Shown: piece after piece, positions 17,114 to 24,941 of the stretch | How positions within the stretch are numbered: position 1 is the first letter of the stretch | Layout: the number at the start of each line of letters is the position of its first letter | IMG/VR virus record: IMGVR_UViG_3300038393_000298 | Span: 1-26,472 of that record | Reading direction: 5' to 3' (one strand) | Source: a virus | Lineage: Duplodnaviria > Caudoviricetes | Length of the DNA stretch: 26,472 bases | Program-made: the position numbers and the translations under genes | The notes under the pieces: model-generated | Told to the model about the DNA's origin: nothing | What the model saw: only the letters and a program-made list of their open reading frames with translations | Database searches by the model: none

Positions 17114-17166
17114 AATTAAATTATTCGTTGTAGGGGCCGCATTGCAGTGCGGTTCTTTTCTTTTTC
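17114..17166 (+). ncRNA. Putative ~50-nt countertranscribed antisense RNA (copy-number control)
   Basis: Lies between the perfect promoter and the terminator AGGGGCCGCA-TTGCAG-TGCGGTTCTT-TTCTTTTT, contains no ORF, and is antisense to the presumed rep 5' leader. Confidence 0.6.
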
Positions 17167-17254
17167 TATTCGTTTTATTTTTAATTGTAATGCAAATAAG
17201 CACATCATATCTTTTTATGTGTGCGCCAAAGTAAACCTGCAATAACGACAGTTT

Positions 17255-17261
17255 TGTCGAA
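17255..17261 (+). promoter_or_regulatory. Spo0A box
   Basis: Exact TGTCGAA in the rep/parA intergenic region, within the palindrome CGACA-GTTT-TGTCG. Confidence 0.45.
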
Positions 17262-17335
17262 ATTGTAGATTCAGTTTGCGCATGTCCATCTTAACACAGG
17301 TTGCCTGAATATGGGAAGAAATATTTTGTTTTTAA

Positions 17336-17364
17336 TAGACAAGCTATGTAAATAGTGGTATTAT
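17336..17364 (+). promoter_or_regulatory. Sigma-A promoter for the par operon
   Basis: TAGACA - 17 nt - TATTAT with extended -10 TG. Confidence 0.65.
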
Positions 17365-17443
17365 TAAGTTAATCAAATACGAAATAGTTTGCGCAGCCCT
17401 CGGTCGAAAGATCGGGGGTTTATACGTAGAAAGGAGCGAAAAT

Positions 17444-18211
17444 GTGGCGATAACTATTTGTATGGCGGTTCAAAAGGGTGGAGTCGGTAAGACTACGACT
17501 TCGGCCATCACATCACATCTCCTGGCGAAAGAATCACGGGTACTAGCGGTAGACTTCGATTCTCAAGGCAATCTTACACAATTCCTTACGCAGAGAAACA
17601 TCTACGATTTTGAAGGTCGCACCGCACTCGAAGCTTGCAAAGAGAAGGATCCGCGTCCATATATCTATCGTATAACGGACAACCTTCACATATTACCGGC
17701 AGAGGACTTTTTATCGTTACTGGCTCGGTATCTATACGATGAGTACCGCGGTAATAAGTCGCTACTGCTGAGGGAAACGTTAGCGGTCGTTAAAGATGAT
17801 TACGATTACATTGTTATAGACTTACCGCCAAATCTCGGAGAGCAGACGGTTAATGGGTTGGCAGCTTCAGATTATGCTGTTATCATGCTGCAGAGCGAGC
17901 CGTTTTGCTATGATGCAGTCGATAGGTTCGTCGAGTTCCTTATCGAGATTCAGAAAAATGCGAATCCGGATTTGAGGCTTGCCGGTATATTAACGTCCAT
18001 GCTCGACACCAGGGCGTCACTTGATAACGGAATCCTTGATCGAGCGAGAAGTACATACGGAGATATTGTCTTTAATACAACGATTAAGAGGCGAACTCGC
18101 TTGAAGGAGTTCAGCGTTAGTGGTGTCATTGAATCGACGAAGGCCGACCGTGATGCGCTAGAGCAATATTACCAATTCGTAGAGGAGCTGAAGCAACGTG
18201 TCCAATCGTAA
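17444..18211 (+). CDS. parA: ParA/Soj family partition ATPase (type Ib)
   Basis: Deviant Walker A QKGGVGKTT, VLAVDFDSQGNLT, YDYIVIDLPPNLG; no N-terminal HTH. Confidence 0.93.
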   Translation: MAITICMAVQKGGVGKTTTSAITSHLLAKESRVLAVDFDSQGNLTQFLTQRNIYDFEGRTALEACKEKDPRPYIYRITDNLHILPAEDFLSLLARYLYDEYRGNKSLLLRETLAVVKDDYDYIVIDLPPNLGEQTVNGLAASDYAVIMLQSEPFCYDAVDRFVEFLIEIQKNANPDLRLAGILTSMLDTRASLDNGILDRARSTYGDIVFNTTIKRRTRLKEFSVSGVIESTKADRDALEQYYQFVEELKQRVQS

Positions 18212-18476
18212 AGCGGACTTATTAAGCGATTTAATCAAGCCGAGAAACCCAATCGAGGGAGTAAGCGATAGTTCAAACGCTCATACGAGCGAACCTTCGA
18301 ATACTCAAACGGTCATTTATATAAACGGTAGTGATGACGAGCGAAAGCGTAGATACTCGTTTGATCTTCCGGATTCACTACATCTACAGCTTAAGATACA
18401 TGCGGCATCACAACGGAAAACCATGTCAGATATCGTTGAAGAGGCATTGCGTCAGTACTTAACGTCGTCCAAATAG
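18198..18476 (+). CDS. ParG-like RHH centromere-binding partition protein
   Basis: Overlaps parA. Disordered N-terminus, then RYSFDLPDSLHLQLKIHAASQRKTMSDIVEEALRQYL (RHH). Confidence 0.8.
   Translation: MSNRKADLLSDLIKPRNPIEGVSDSSNAHTSEPSNTQTVIYINGSDDERKRRYSFDLPDSLHLQLKIHAASQRKTMSDIVEEALRQYLTSSK
18270..18327. repeat. parS-like 8-bp periodic array inside the RHH gene (copy 2)
   Basis: AGTTCAAA CGCTCATA CGAGCGAA CCTTCGAA TACTCAAA CGGTCATT TATATAAA CG; contains CGCTCATACGAGCG. Confidence 0.5.
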
Positions 18477-18490
18477 GGCGGCGTATTTTT
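18462..18490 (+). terminator. par operon terminator
   Basis: ACGTCGTCC-AAATA-GGGCGGCGT followed by ATTTTT. Confidence 0.65.
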
Positions 18491-18497
18491 GTGTGAT

Positions 18498-18527
18498 CGA
18501 ACGAGTGAACGTTCATATGAACGTATA
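18498..18527. repeat. parS-like palindrome (copy 3)
   Basis: Perfect 16-bp palindrome ACGTTCATATGAACGT (18509-18524) with extra GAACG half-sites. Confidence 0.55.
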
Positions 18528-18540
18528 AAAATAACCCACG

Positions 18541-18903
18541 TTAATCATTGTGTGGGTCATATTTATTAAAGAAGTATCGAAGGTATTCCATTGCCTCTTT
18601 ATAAGCGTTTTTATCTCGCATCATTATTTTGTCCAATCGTTTCCGCGCTTCGACAAGATGCGTCCAATCCAGATCAGTCGACATCGTAGACATTTTCGTG
18701 CTAATTTTCATAAAATCGTCAATGAGTGATTTATCACGATATACATCCGATAACTTAATGACCGTTTCAAGAGACGGGTTTTTACGTGACTTTTCTAATT
18801 CGTAAATATAGTTACGGGATACTCCGATTCTTTCGGCCACATACGGACCTGTAAGTCCAAGCTCTTTCCTACGCATTCGCAAACGCTCGCAGAATTTCTC
18901 CAT
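18541..18903 (-). CDS. XRE-family HTH repressor
   Basis: RLRMRRKELGLTGPYVAERIGVSRNYIYELEKSRKNPSLETVIKL; SD GGAGGTG; divergent from the replication operon. Confidence 0.88.
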   Translation of the reverse strand: MEKFCERLRMRRKELGLTGPYVAERIGVSRNYIYELEKSRKNPSLETVIKLSDVYRDKSLIDDFMKISTKMSTMSTDLDWTHLVEARKRLDKIMMRDKNAYKEAMEYLRYFFNKYDPHND

Positions 18904-18928
18904 CGTAAATCACCTCCAAATATTTTTA

Positions 18929-18962
18929 TACGATTTTTTGACGATTTGCTTTTATTAGGATA
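18929..18962 (+). promoter_or_regulatory. Repeated phage promoter/operator motif, copy 1
   Basis: TACGATTTTTTGACGAT-N12-GGATA, repeated at 24862-24896. Confidence 0.55.
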
Positions 18963-19000
18963 CGTATAAGTAGAACGACATTTTCTAAGGAGGTGGATTC

Positions 19001-19414
19001 GTGACTGACGGAAATAAAATTTTCGTCAAGATGTACGTCGATGCATTTCGAAGTGGCATGGTTGCAGACATGGGTACCGAGAGATGGACGACGTTATGCG
19101 CAATAGCAAGCTTTATGAACGAAAAAGGAGAATGTTATCCGACGCAAGATCATATCGCAAGACTCATCGGTGTTTCAAGGCAGACAGCGAATAAATACAT
19201 TAGGTCACTATTAGATTACCAGTGGAAAGGTCAGGCGTTATTAATCGCTAATCGTGTGCGCGATGAAAAGACCGGTAAATGGGAAAACAATCGATACACA
19301 GTGTCACCAGTGAGCAATTTAACAATATTCAACGTAGAGTCGATAGCCATGTCAACGTTTACCGACACCGTGTTCACCGACAACGTGAACGTTGACACTA
19401 AGAAGATACACTAA
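19001..19414 (+). CDS. Winged-HTH (HTH_36-like) phage replication initiator
   Basis: Motif ECYPTQDHIARLIGVSRQTANKYIRSL...NRYTV; SD AAGGAGGTG; first gene of the replication operon. Confidence 0.75.
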   Translation: MTDGNKIFVKMYVDAFRSGMVADMGTERWTTLCAIASFMNEKGECYPTQDHIARLIGVSRQTANKYIRSLLDYQWKGQALLIANRVRDEKTGKWENNRYTVSPVSNLTIFNVESIAMSTFTDTVFTDNVNVDTKKIH

Positions 19415-19445
19415 TAAAGAAGAACCACCGTTAAAGAAGATAAAA
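19350..19445. repeat. Iteron-like repeats at the 3' end of the initiator (putative lytic origin)
   Basis: 15-bp period GTTTACCGACA / GTTCACCGACA / ...TTGACA, bracketed by the inverted pair TGTCAACGTT (19350-19359) / AACGTTGACA (19388-19397), followed by A-rich AAGAAGA repeats and an AT-rich spacer. Confidence 0.5.
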
Positions 19446-19580
19446 TATTGCATTCGATTTATTTCATAAATCTCATGCGCCGGATAAATGATATTCAAAC
19501 ATTTGTATATACAAATATATCGACATAACAATAATACCATACTTATTCGGTAGAATATATACGTTATAAGGAGGAGTTAT

Positions 19581-19967
19581 ATGGCAAATAAGAAAACATC
19601 TGCCGACTGGAGAGATCGCCCGCTAGAGAAGTGGAACGTCGCCACATTTCATTATTACCTATCCGATAAGCATTTAGACCTATACGGCATTAATTACGTT
19701 CCGTTTCGTGGATGGATGGCGGAGAAAGGCATGCTTAAGCGAGAGATTGACGAAAATGGTCCGGAGATCGTGAAACAATTTATCGACGCTTGCTTTGCGG
19801 ATTACCGGCCAACAGCGCAGTATCCTGGACTAAACTTCGGATTCATGGCGACATATCAGAAGTCGCGGATATTACCGCCAATACTCGCAGATGAGCAAAG
19901 GAAGCAACGTTTGAGTGAGTGTGCGAATGAACGTATGAGCGTACAGGAGATTAACGATTATTTATAG
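19581..19967 (+). CDS. Phage replication-associated hypothetical protein
   Basis: SD AAGGAGGAG; helical 128-aa ORF between the initiator and the DnaC-like loader. Confidence 0.7.
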   Translation: MANKKTSADWRDRPLEKWNVATFHYYLSDKHLDLYGINYVPFRGWMAEKGMLKREIDENGPEIVKQFIDACFADYRPTAQYPGLNFGFMATYQKSRILPPILADEQRKQRLSECANERMSVQEINDYL

Positions 19968-20015
19968 TCCATTTTTGAATCTAGTCGATATAATAACATT
20001 TTAGGAGGCGATTAA

Positions 20016-20297
20016 ATGGCATACAGCCGCGAAGAAATGGAAACGACTTGTGTTTACGATTACCAGGAGAATTCGTGGATCGTCTATAGCTGCGTACAGA
20101 AGCACATCACGAAGTTACTCCGAATTGCTGGCGAACCATATTGGTCAGAAAAGGACGGAGAAAGGCTAATTGCTGGCAAGTGGAAACTCGTCGGTACAAA
20201 TGTACGGTTTGCGAAGAAAGCGTCAGGAAACATAGGGTTACTCGGTAGAAACTCAGCGCAGAATCGACGTGAGGAGGAGTTGGATGACGCACAGTAA
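20016..20297 (+). CDS. Hypothetical phage protein
   Basis: SD AGGAGG; 93-aa ORF in the operon. Confidence 0.7.
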   Translation: MAYSREEMETTCVYDYQENSWIVYSCVQKHITKLLRIAGEPYWSEKDGERLIAGKWKLVGTNVRFAKKASGNIGLLGRNSAQNRREEELDDAQ

Positions 20298-21039
20298 AAA
20301 CTGTATACTGGCAGGACCATGTAAACAAGCGAACTCTCCATCGTGTAACAAGTTATGTACGAGTTACGTAGCACTTCACGGATATTCAGGCGATTCCGGG
20401 AGGGTTAGATCCGCTGGCATTCCGAAAGACTATGCACTAGTCACCGTTGACAACTCGCCAGTCAGGAACGAACAATCAAACGTTTACTCATCGGTTGATG
20501 CGTATGTTCGCACGTTTGCACGAATGTTCACGGATGAGCGGATTAAGTCGCTGTACTTGTATAGTGATGCAAGTGGTACAGGAAAGACAACGACGGCGTG
20601 TGCGATTGCGAATAGTTATATCATTGCGAATTATATCGGAAGCCTACAGCGAGGGATTAAACCGTTAGATCGTCCGGCTCTATTCGTAGATGCAAATGAA
20701 CTTCAGACGTTATACAACGAGTTCAACAGGTCAAAAGTTCCGGAATACATCGCAGAACCAGCAGCAGCCAAGTACTATCAGACGTTGAAGTTAGCACAGG
20801 AAACTCCGTTTGTTGTTCTCGACGATATTGGCGTAAGAACTCCGACGGAGGGCTGGAGATCGGACTTGCATTCGATTATTAACGCTAGGGTGACAAACCA
20901 GCTACCGACGGTCTATACGAGTAACATCATGTTAGCAGAATTAGGCGAAATATTCGGAGAAAAAAGACTTCAAGACAGAATCAAAGACCTTTGCATACAA
21001 TTATCTTTTATAGGCGAGTCAAAAAGGGGGAAACGATAG
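20284..21039 (+). CDS. DnaC/IstB-like AAA+ helicase loader
   Basis: N-terminal Cys cluster, Walker A ASGTGKTT, Walker B VVLDDIG, PTVYTSN, RLQDRI, GESKR. Start revised to ATG 20284 after SD GAGGAGG. Confidence 0.88.
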   Translation: MTHSKNCILAGPCKQANSPSCNKLCTSYVALHGYSGDSGRVRSAGIPKDYALVTVDNSPVRNEQSNVYSSVDAYVRTFARMFTDERIKSLYLYSDASGTGKTTTACAIANSYIIANYIGSLQRGIKPLDRPALFVDANELQTLYNEFNRSKVPEYIAEPAAAKYYQTLKLAQETPFVVLDDIGVRTPTEGWRSDLHSIINARVTNQLPTVYTSNIMLAELGEIFGEKRLQDRIKDLCIQLSFIGESKRGKR

Positions 21040-21522
21040 GTGAACGAATACGAACCGCTACAGCGACGTTTTAATTTTGGCGACTTGGTAATGGTCGAAG
21101 ATGAGCCGGATCAGATTTACCGCATTGCTGGCTATCAAGTAACCGTATATTTCGAACCGGGAAAGTCCGATCGTGACTTGATGTACGATTTAGTAGACGC
21201 AATTACAAACGAAATGGTAATGCCTGCTGTCGATGAGGAGCTTACGCTGTTGGCACCAGCGGATAAAGCAGACGAGTTTCTAGCGAATAGGCAACGCAAG
21301 GAAACTCCGAAGTCAAATAGCATACATTTCGGCATTGACTTGAACAGTCGAGCAGACCGTGAGCTTGTCGACATGATACTCGATAAATATAACGATTATA
21401 TGTTTGCAGCATCTGACTTAAAGGGGATAGCTCCGAGCAAAGCGCTTAGAAACTGGCGCAAGGATGCGAAAGAGTGTTTATCTGAATTGCGTGAACTAAT
21501 GGGTGGTGAAGAAACTAATTAA
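21040..21522 (+). CDS. Hypothetical phage protein (SH3-like N-terminus)
   Basis: FNFGDLVMV...IYRIAGY and C-terminal VDMILDKYNDY pattern; abuts both neighbours. Confidence 0.65.
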   Translation: MNEYEPLQRRFNFGDLVMVEDEPDQIYRIAGYQVTVYFEPGKSDRDLMYDLVDAITNEMVMPAVDEELTLLAPADKADEFLANRQRKETPKSNSIHFGIDLNSRADRELVDMILDKYNDYMFAASDLKGIAPSKALRNWRKDAKECLSELRELMGGEETN

Positions 21523-21950
21523 TGACAATCAACATTACACTACCTACACCCGACATAGTTGTAGTTAATGACGGAAGAAGTTTCGATCGAAGTGATTACG
21601 GAAGTTTAAAGGATTGGCAGTATTACGCAAAATACAGCGATTTCTTTGAAGCTATAGACGACAGTTTTGGCGGACTGTATATATACTATACGAATCAATG
21701 TGTCTTATATGTCGGTCGGACTATTTCTGTAAAGAAAAGAGTGCGAGAACATTTTGCGGGATCTACTCCGTTAAAGAAGTACATCAAGGATTTTACGAAA
21801 GTGGAATGTATTTTTGTTCCTGACATAACAGACCAGGAAATATACGAAGCTTACGCTATAAAAATTTATCAACCGTTACTGAATATCGCGAAGACTAGCA
21901 GAATGATAAATGACATAGGCAATCATTTATCGGATGAGCAGACGGGTTAA
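21522..21950 (+). CDS. GIY-YIG nuclease family protein
   Basis: GGLYIYY...VLYVGRT.SVKKRVREH...E...I...QPLLN. Confidence 0.85.
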   Translation: MTINITLPTPDIVVVNDGRSFDRSDYGSLKDWQYYAKYSDFFEAIDDSFGGLYIYYTNQCVLYVGRTISVKKRVREHFAGSTPLKKYIKDFTKVECIFVPDITDQEIYEAYAIKIYQPLLNIAKTSRMINDIGNHLSDEQTG

Positions 21951-21959
21951 GGAGGTTCT

Positions 21960-23312
21960 ATGAGTAATTATGGCGAGTGTTTACTAAGTAAAGTAATCGA
22001 CAGTAACGATCCATCGGTGTTTGTACGATTTAACGTTGATGAGGCGCACTTTCAAACGGACAGCGAGCGTAATGCTTACCGATTTATAAAGAGTTACGCA
22101 GATGAAAATCACGGTCAAGCACCTAGTTACGCCACACTTGTTTCTGAAGTGGATGGATTTACTTATATTCCGCAAGTTTCGGATAGTTACGAGTACTTAG
22201 TTGCTAAGCTAAAAGACTCGGCAGGAAAAAGAATGCTGCATGACTTCTTAACCAGTTCTGAGTTCTCGAATAAATTCAGTGAGAACAACACAGAAGATTT
22301 TTGCAACGGGTTGATTTCTGAGCTGGAAAAGATTAAGATTGGAGTGTCACAAAGTGTTCGCATAGGTACGAACATAAAAACCGAAATAAATACATTCCTG
22401 GAAGAATATAGGAACCGTAAAGAAGGTAAGTCGTTTAAAATATGGCCGAGTAAGTTTCCCACAATAAATAACGAAGTCGGCGGCGGTTACTTCTCCGGAA
22501 ACACATACGCATGGTTCGGAAGGTCCGGTCGCGGTAAGTCAGTATTTGCGATGGAAGAGGCGATCGAATCAGCGATGAATGGAGCTAACGTCCTGGTGTG
22601 GGCGCTAGAGATGAGCAAATTCGAATGGATGGCGAGAGCCTACAGCAGCATATCCGCTAGAGAAGGAATCTTAACTGCGAACATTGACGGCATGGATTAC
22701 GAAGCAGGATTCGAGAACCGCCAGCTACTAAGAGGTGGACTATCGGAGGACTTCGAGAAGGGCTTTGAGACGTTCTTGAGTACGCTACAAAGCGTCATTC
22801 CTGGCACCCTTATTATACGTGCAGTAGACGATGAAAACTTCGTTAGAAGGGATTTACGGCAGTTAGAGAGCGATATAATCCAAACGAAAGCGGATGTGGT
22901 TGTCGTAGATCCGATATACTATCTCGAACAGGAGAGGAACGATAGTCGGGTAGCTGGCGGTGACATCGCTGCTACATCGAAGAAGCTACGTCATATTGCA
23001 GGTAGAACATCGACAGTGATTCACGTTATTACTCAGGCGGAAGAGACGAAGGCGGATCGTGATGAAGATGGTAATCGTGAGTTAAAAGCACCAGTACGTG
23101 CGGAGTTGAAGAAATCAAAGGCGATTTTGGAGGATGCTGCGTTGTGCCTTGGGATCGATAGCAAGGACGGTCGCGGGGTTATCGAACTGTCGAAGGGTCG
23201 TCAAGGCGGAGAAGGAGCTGTTGCAGAGGTTCTTTATTTGCCTAATTACGGGATAGTGAGAGAGATGGAAACGGGAGAAGTAGTTGCAAGCCAATTTAAC
23301 TCCGTATTTTAG
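21960..23312 (+). CDS. DnaB-like replicative helicase
   Basis: Walker A GRSGRGKS, WALEMS, VVVVDPIYYL, VITQA, KGRQGG. Confidence 0.9.
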   Translation: MSNYGECLLSKVIDSNDPSVFVRFNVDEAHFQTDSERNAYRFIKSYADENHGQAPSYATLVSEVDGFTYIPQVSDSYEYLVAKLKDSAGKRMLHDFLTSSEFSNKFSENNTEDFCNGLISELEKIKIGVSQSVRIGTNIKTEINTFLEEYRNRKEGKSFKIWPSKFPTINNEVGGGYFSGNTYAWFGRSGRGKSVFAMEEAIESAMNGANVLVWALEMSKFEWMARAYSSISAREGILTANIDGMDYEAGFENRQLLRGGLSEDFEKGFETFLSTLQSVIPGTLIIRAVDDENFVRRDLRQLESDIIQTKADVVVVDPIYYLEQERNDSRVAGGDIAATSKKLRHIAGRTSTVIHVITQAEETKADRDEDGNRELKAPVRAELKKSKAILEDAALCLGIDSKDGRGVIELSKGRQGGEGAVAEVLYLPNYGIVREMETGEVVASQFNSVF

Positions 23313-23324
23313 TTTGGTGGATTT

Positions 23325-23412
23325 TGTCGAATATAATTAATATCTCAATACGATATATCGAAAATTTTGTCGATTAAAGTGGATTTACTTTAATTAGATA
23401 ACGTTGTAAAAT
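23325..23412 (+). promoter_or_regulatory. Spo0A boxes plus sigma-A promoter upstream of primase
   Basis: TGTCGAA (23325-23331), near-matches TATCGAA (23356-23362) and TGTCGAT (23368-23374), then TTTACT-17-TAAAAT (23384-23412). Confidence 0.55.
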
Positions 23413-23436
23413 TTTACGCACAGGAGGAACCTTTAG

Positions 23437-24429
23437 TTGATTAATGTAAACGGTCGCCAAATTCCTGTAGACATTCGTAGTGAATTAGAAACATTTACGT
23501 GGCATAGAGCGAGATGGTCGGTAGATAAGTTAATCGCCGCAAGCCCATTCCGATATGACCGCACTCCATCTTTCTTCTGTAACTTGGAAGGAGAGTACGC
23601 CGGAGCATGGGGAGACTCCGGTGCAAGCGATGATAACTGGAAAAGCGGAGGATTTGTCAAACTCCTGTCTTTTCTACGTAACGAAACGTTCACAGAAACT
23701 TGTGACTATCTACTCATGCGTTACGATTGTCGACAGATGTATGATACTGGTAATTTAAAGTTAAATATGTCGACAAGTATTCGGCTAAACAAACATTTGA
23801 AACTGTTAGATCCAAACATCTTAATGCAGTATCTATTTCGCCATCCGTATTTAGGGAAGCGCGGGATCACCGAAGAAGTCCAGCGAAAGATGTATATCGG
23901 GTATTGCCGTACCAGTAAGGCGGTAACAATTCCGTGGTTCTTACCAAACGGTCAGTTAGCGAATATCAAGTTTCGTAAAACTGGCGAAAAGACGTTTTGG
24001 TATCAACGTGGCGGAATGCCATTACGTAACTTAGTTTATGGTATTAACGTCATATACCGAAATCAGATTCGAGAGGCAACGCTAGTCGAATCAGAGACTG
24101 ATGCCATGTTTCTTATGAGCGCTGGGATTAATGCAATTGCCACCGGTGGAAGCGTACTGACAGCGGAAAAGACTGCGGTGATTAAACGATCGCCAATCGA
24201 AAGACTTTATATAGCAACGGATAATGATGCGGCGGGCAGGCTGTTGCAGCAGCAGGTTATAAAGTTATTATCCGGAAGTGTCGAATTATTTATTGTGAGA
24301 TTTCCTGACAAATATAAAGACGTGAATGAAATTGGTAATTATGCAGAGGTTAGGCGATTTGTTTATGAAGCTGAACGTGCGCAGACATGCATTCCCCGGT
24401 TAATTATGAAGCGAGGTAGCGTACAATAA
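23437..24429 (+). CDS. DNA primase (TOPRIM)
   Basis: YLGKRGI, LANIKFR, LVESETDAM, IATDNDAAG, KDVNE; follows the helicase; SD AGGAGG. Confidence 0.88.
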   Translation: MINVNGRQIPVDIRSELETFTWHRARWSVDKLIAASPFRYDRTPSFFCNLEGEYAGAWGDSGASDDNWKSGGFVKLLSFLRNETFTETCDYLLMRYDCRQMYDTGNLKLNMSTSIRLNKHLKLLDPNILMQYLFRHPYLGKRGITEEVQRKMYIGYCRTSKAVTIPWFLPNGQLANIKFRKTGEKTFWYQRGGMPLRNLVYGINVIYRNQIREATLVESETDAMFLMSAGINAIATGGSVLTAEKTAVIKRSPIERLYIATDNDAAGRLLQQQVIKLLSGSVELFIVRFPDKYKDVNEIGNYAEVRRFVYEAERAQTCIPRLIMKRGSVQ

Positions 24430-24435
24430 AGGCGC

Positions 24436-24455
24436 GAGTAGACGTTAATCTACTC
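24436..24455. terminator. Hairpin between convergent primase and XRE genes
   Basis: GAGTAGA-CGTTAA-TCTACTC; no U-tract. Confidence 0.35.
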
Positions 24456-24464
24456 TCCGACCTG

Positions 24465-24692
24465 CTACCTATACTCGATCCAGTCGTATAAATCTTCGAT
24501 TCTAGTTGGGACAACTTCAGATATGGCTCGACTGATGAGGTATGCGGTTCTTAATGACATAACTCTTCTATTCGTTGAATAATCACTTATCTGTTGGCGA
24601 GTGATGCCGGTTCGATCCGCTAGTTCCTGTTGTGTCATTCCGGCGAGTTTTAATCGTTCTCGTAGCAGGCAGTTACCGACTTCGAAAGTCAT
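24465..24692 (-). CDS. XRE-family HTH regulator
   Basis: LRERLKLAGMTQQELADRTGITRQQISDY...IEDLYDW. Start revised to ATG 24692 after SD GGCGGTG. Confidence 0.85.
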   Translation of the reverse strand: MTFEVGNCLLRERLKLAGMTQQELADRTGITRQQISDYSTNRRVMSLRTAYLISRAISEVVPTRIEDLYDWIEYR

Positions 24693-24778
24693 TGAAACAC
24701 CGCCAAATAGTACGTATTTACTACAGTTTATCAAACGTTAAAAGTATAATAAAGACGCTGTTTGACGTCAATTAATAG

Positions 24779-24807
24779 TTGTCTATATCATGCAAAAGTG
24801 GTACAAT
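24779..24807 (+). promoter_or_regulatory. Sigma-A promoter upstream of the sigma-like gene
   Basis: TTGTCT - 17 nt - TACAAT with extended TG; an overlapping TTGACG-18-TATCAT lies at 24762-24791. Confidence 0.5.
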
Positions 24808-24861
24808 AGACTTATGTAAGAAATGCCCAAAAATGGTTATTAAAAAACTTTTAAAATTTTG

Positions 24862-24896
24862 TACGAGTTTTTTGACGATCATGAAATTTTTGGATA
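24862..24896 (+). promoter_or_regulatory. Repeated phage promoter/operator motif, copy 2
   Basis: TACGAGTTTTTTGACGAT-N12-GGATA. Confidence 0.55.
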
Positions 24897-24941
24897 TATA
24901 GTAGTGTAAGGATAAAAATTTAATAAGAGGAGCTGAGGCGG

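Noticed and set aside
17396-17420. c-di-GMP-I riboswitch suggested by the GAAA tetraloop hairpin
   Set aside because: The flanking GGCAAA/GCAAAG consensus and the second, receptor-bearing stem were not found.
21522-21950. Intron-encoded homing endonuclease
   Set aside because: Free-standing, translationally coupled, catalytic-domain-only ORF; flanking genes are uninterrupted and there is no room for an intron.
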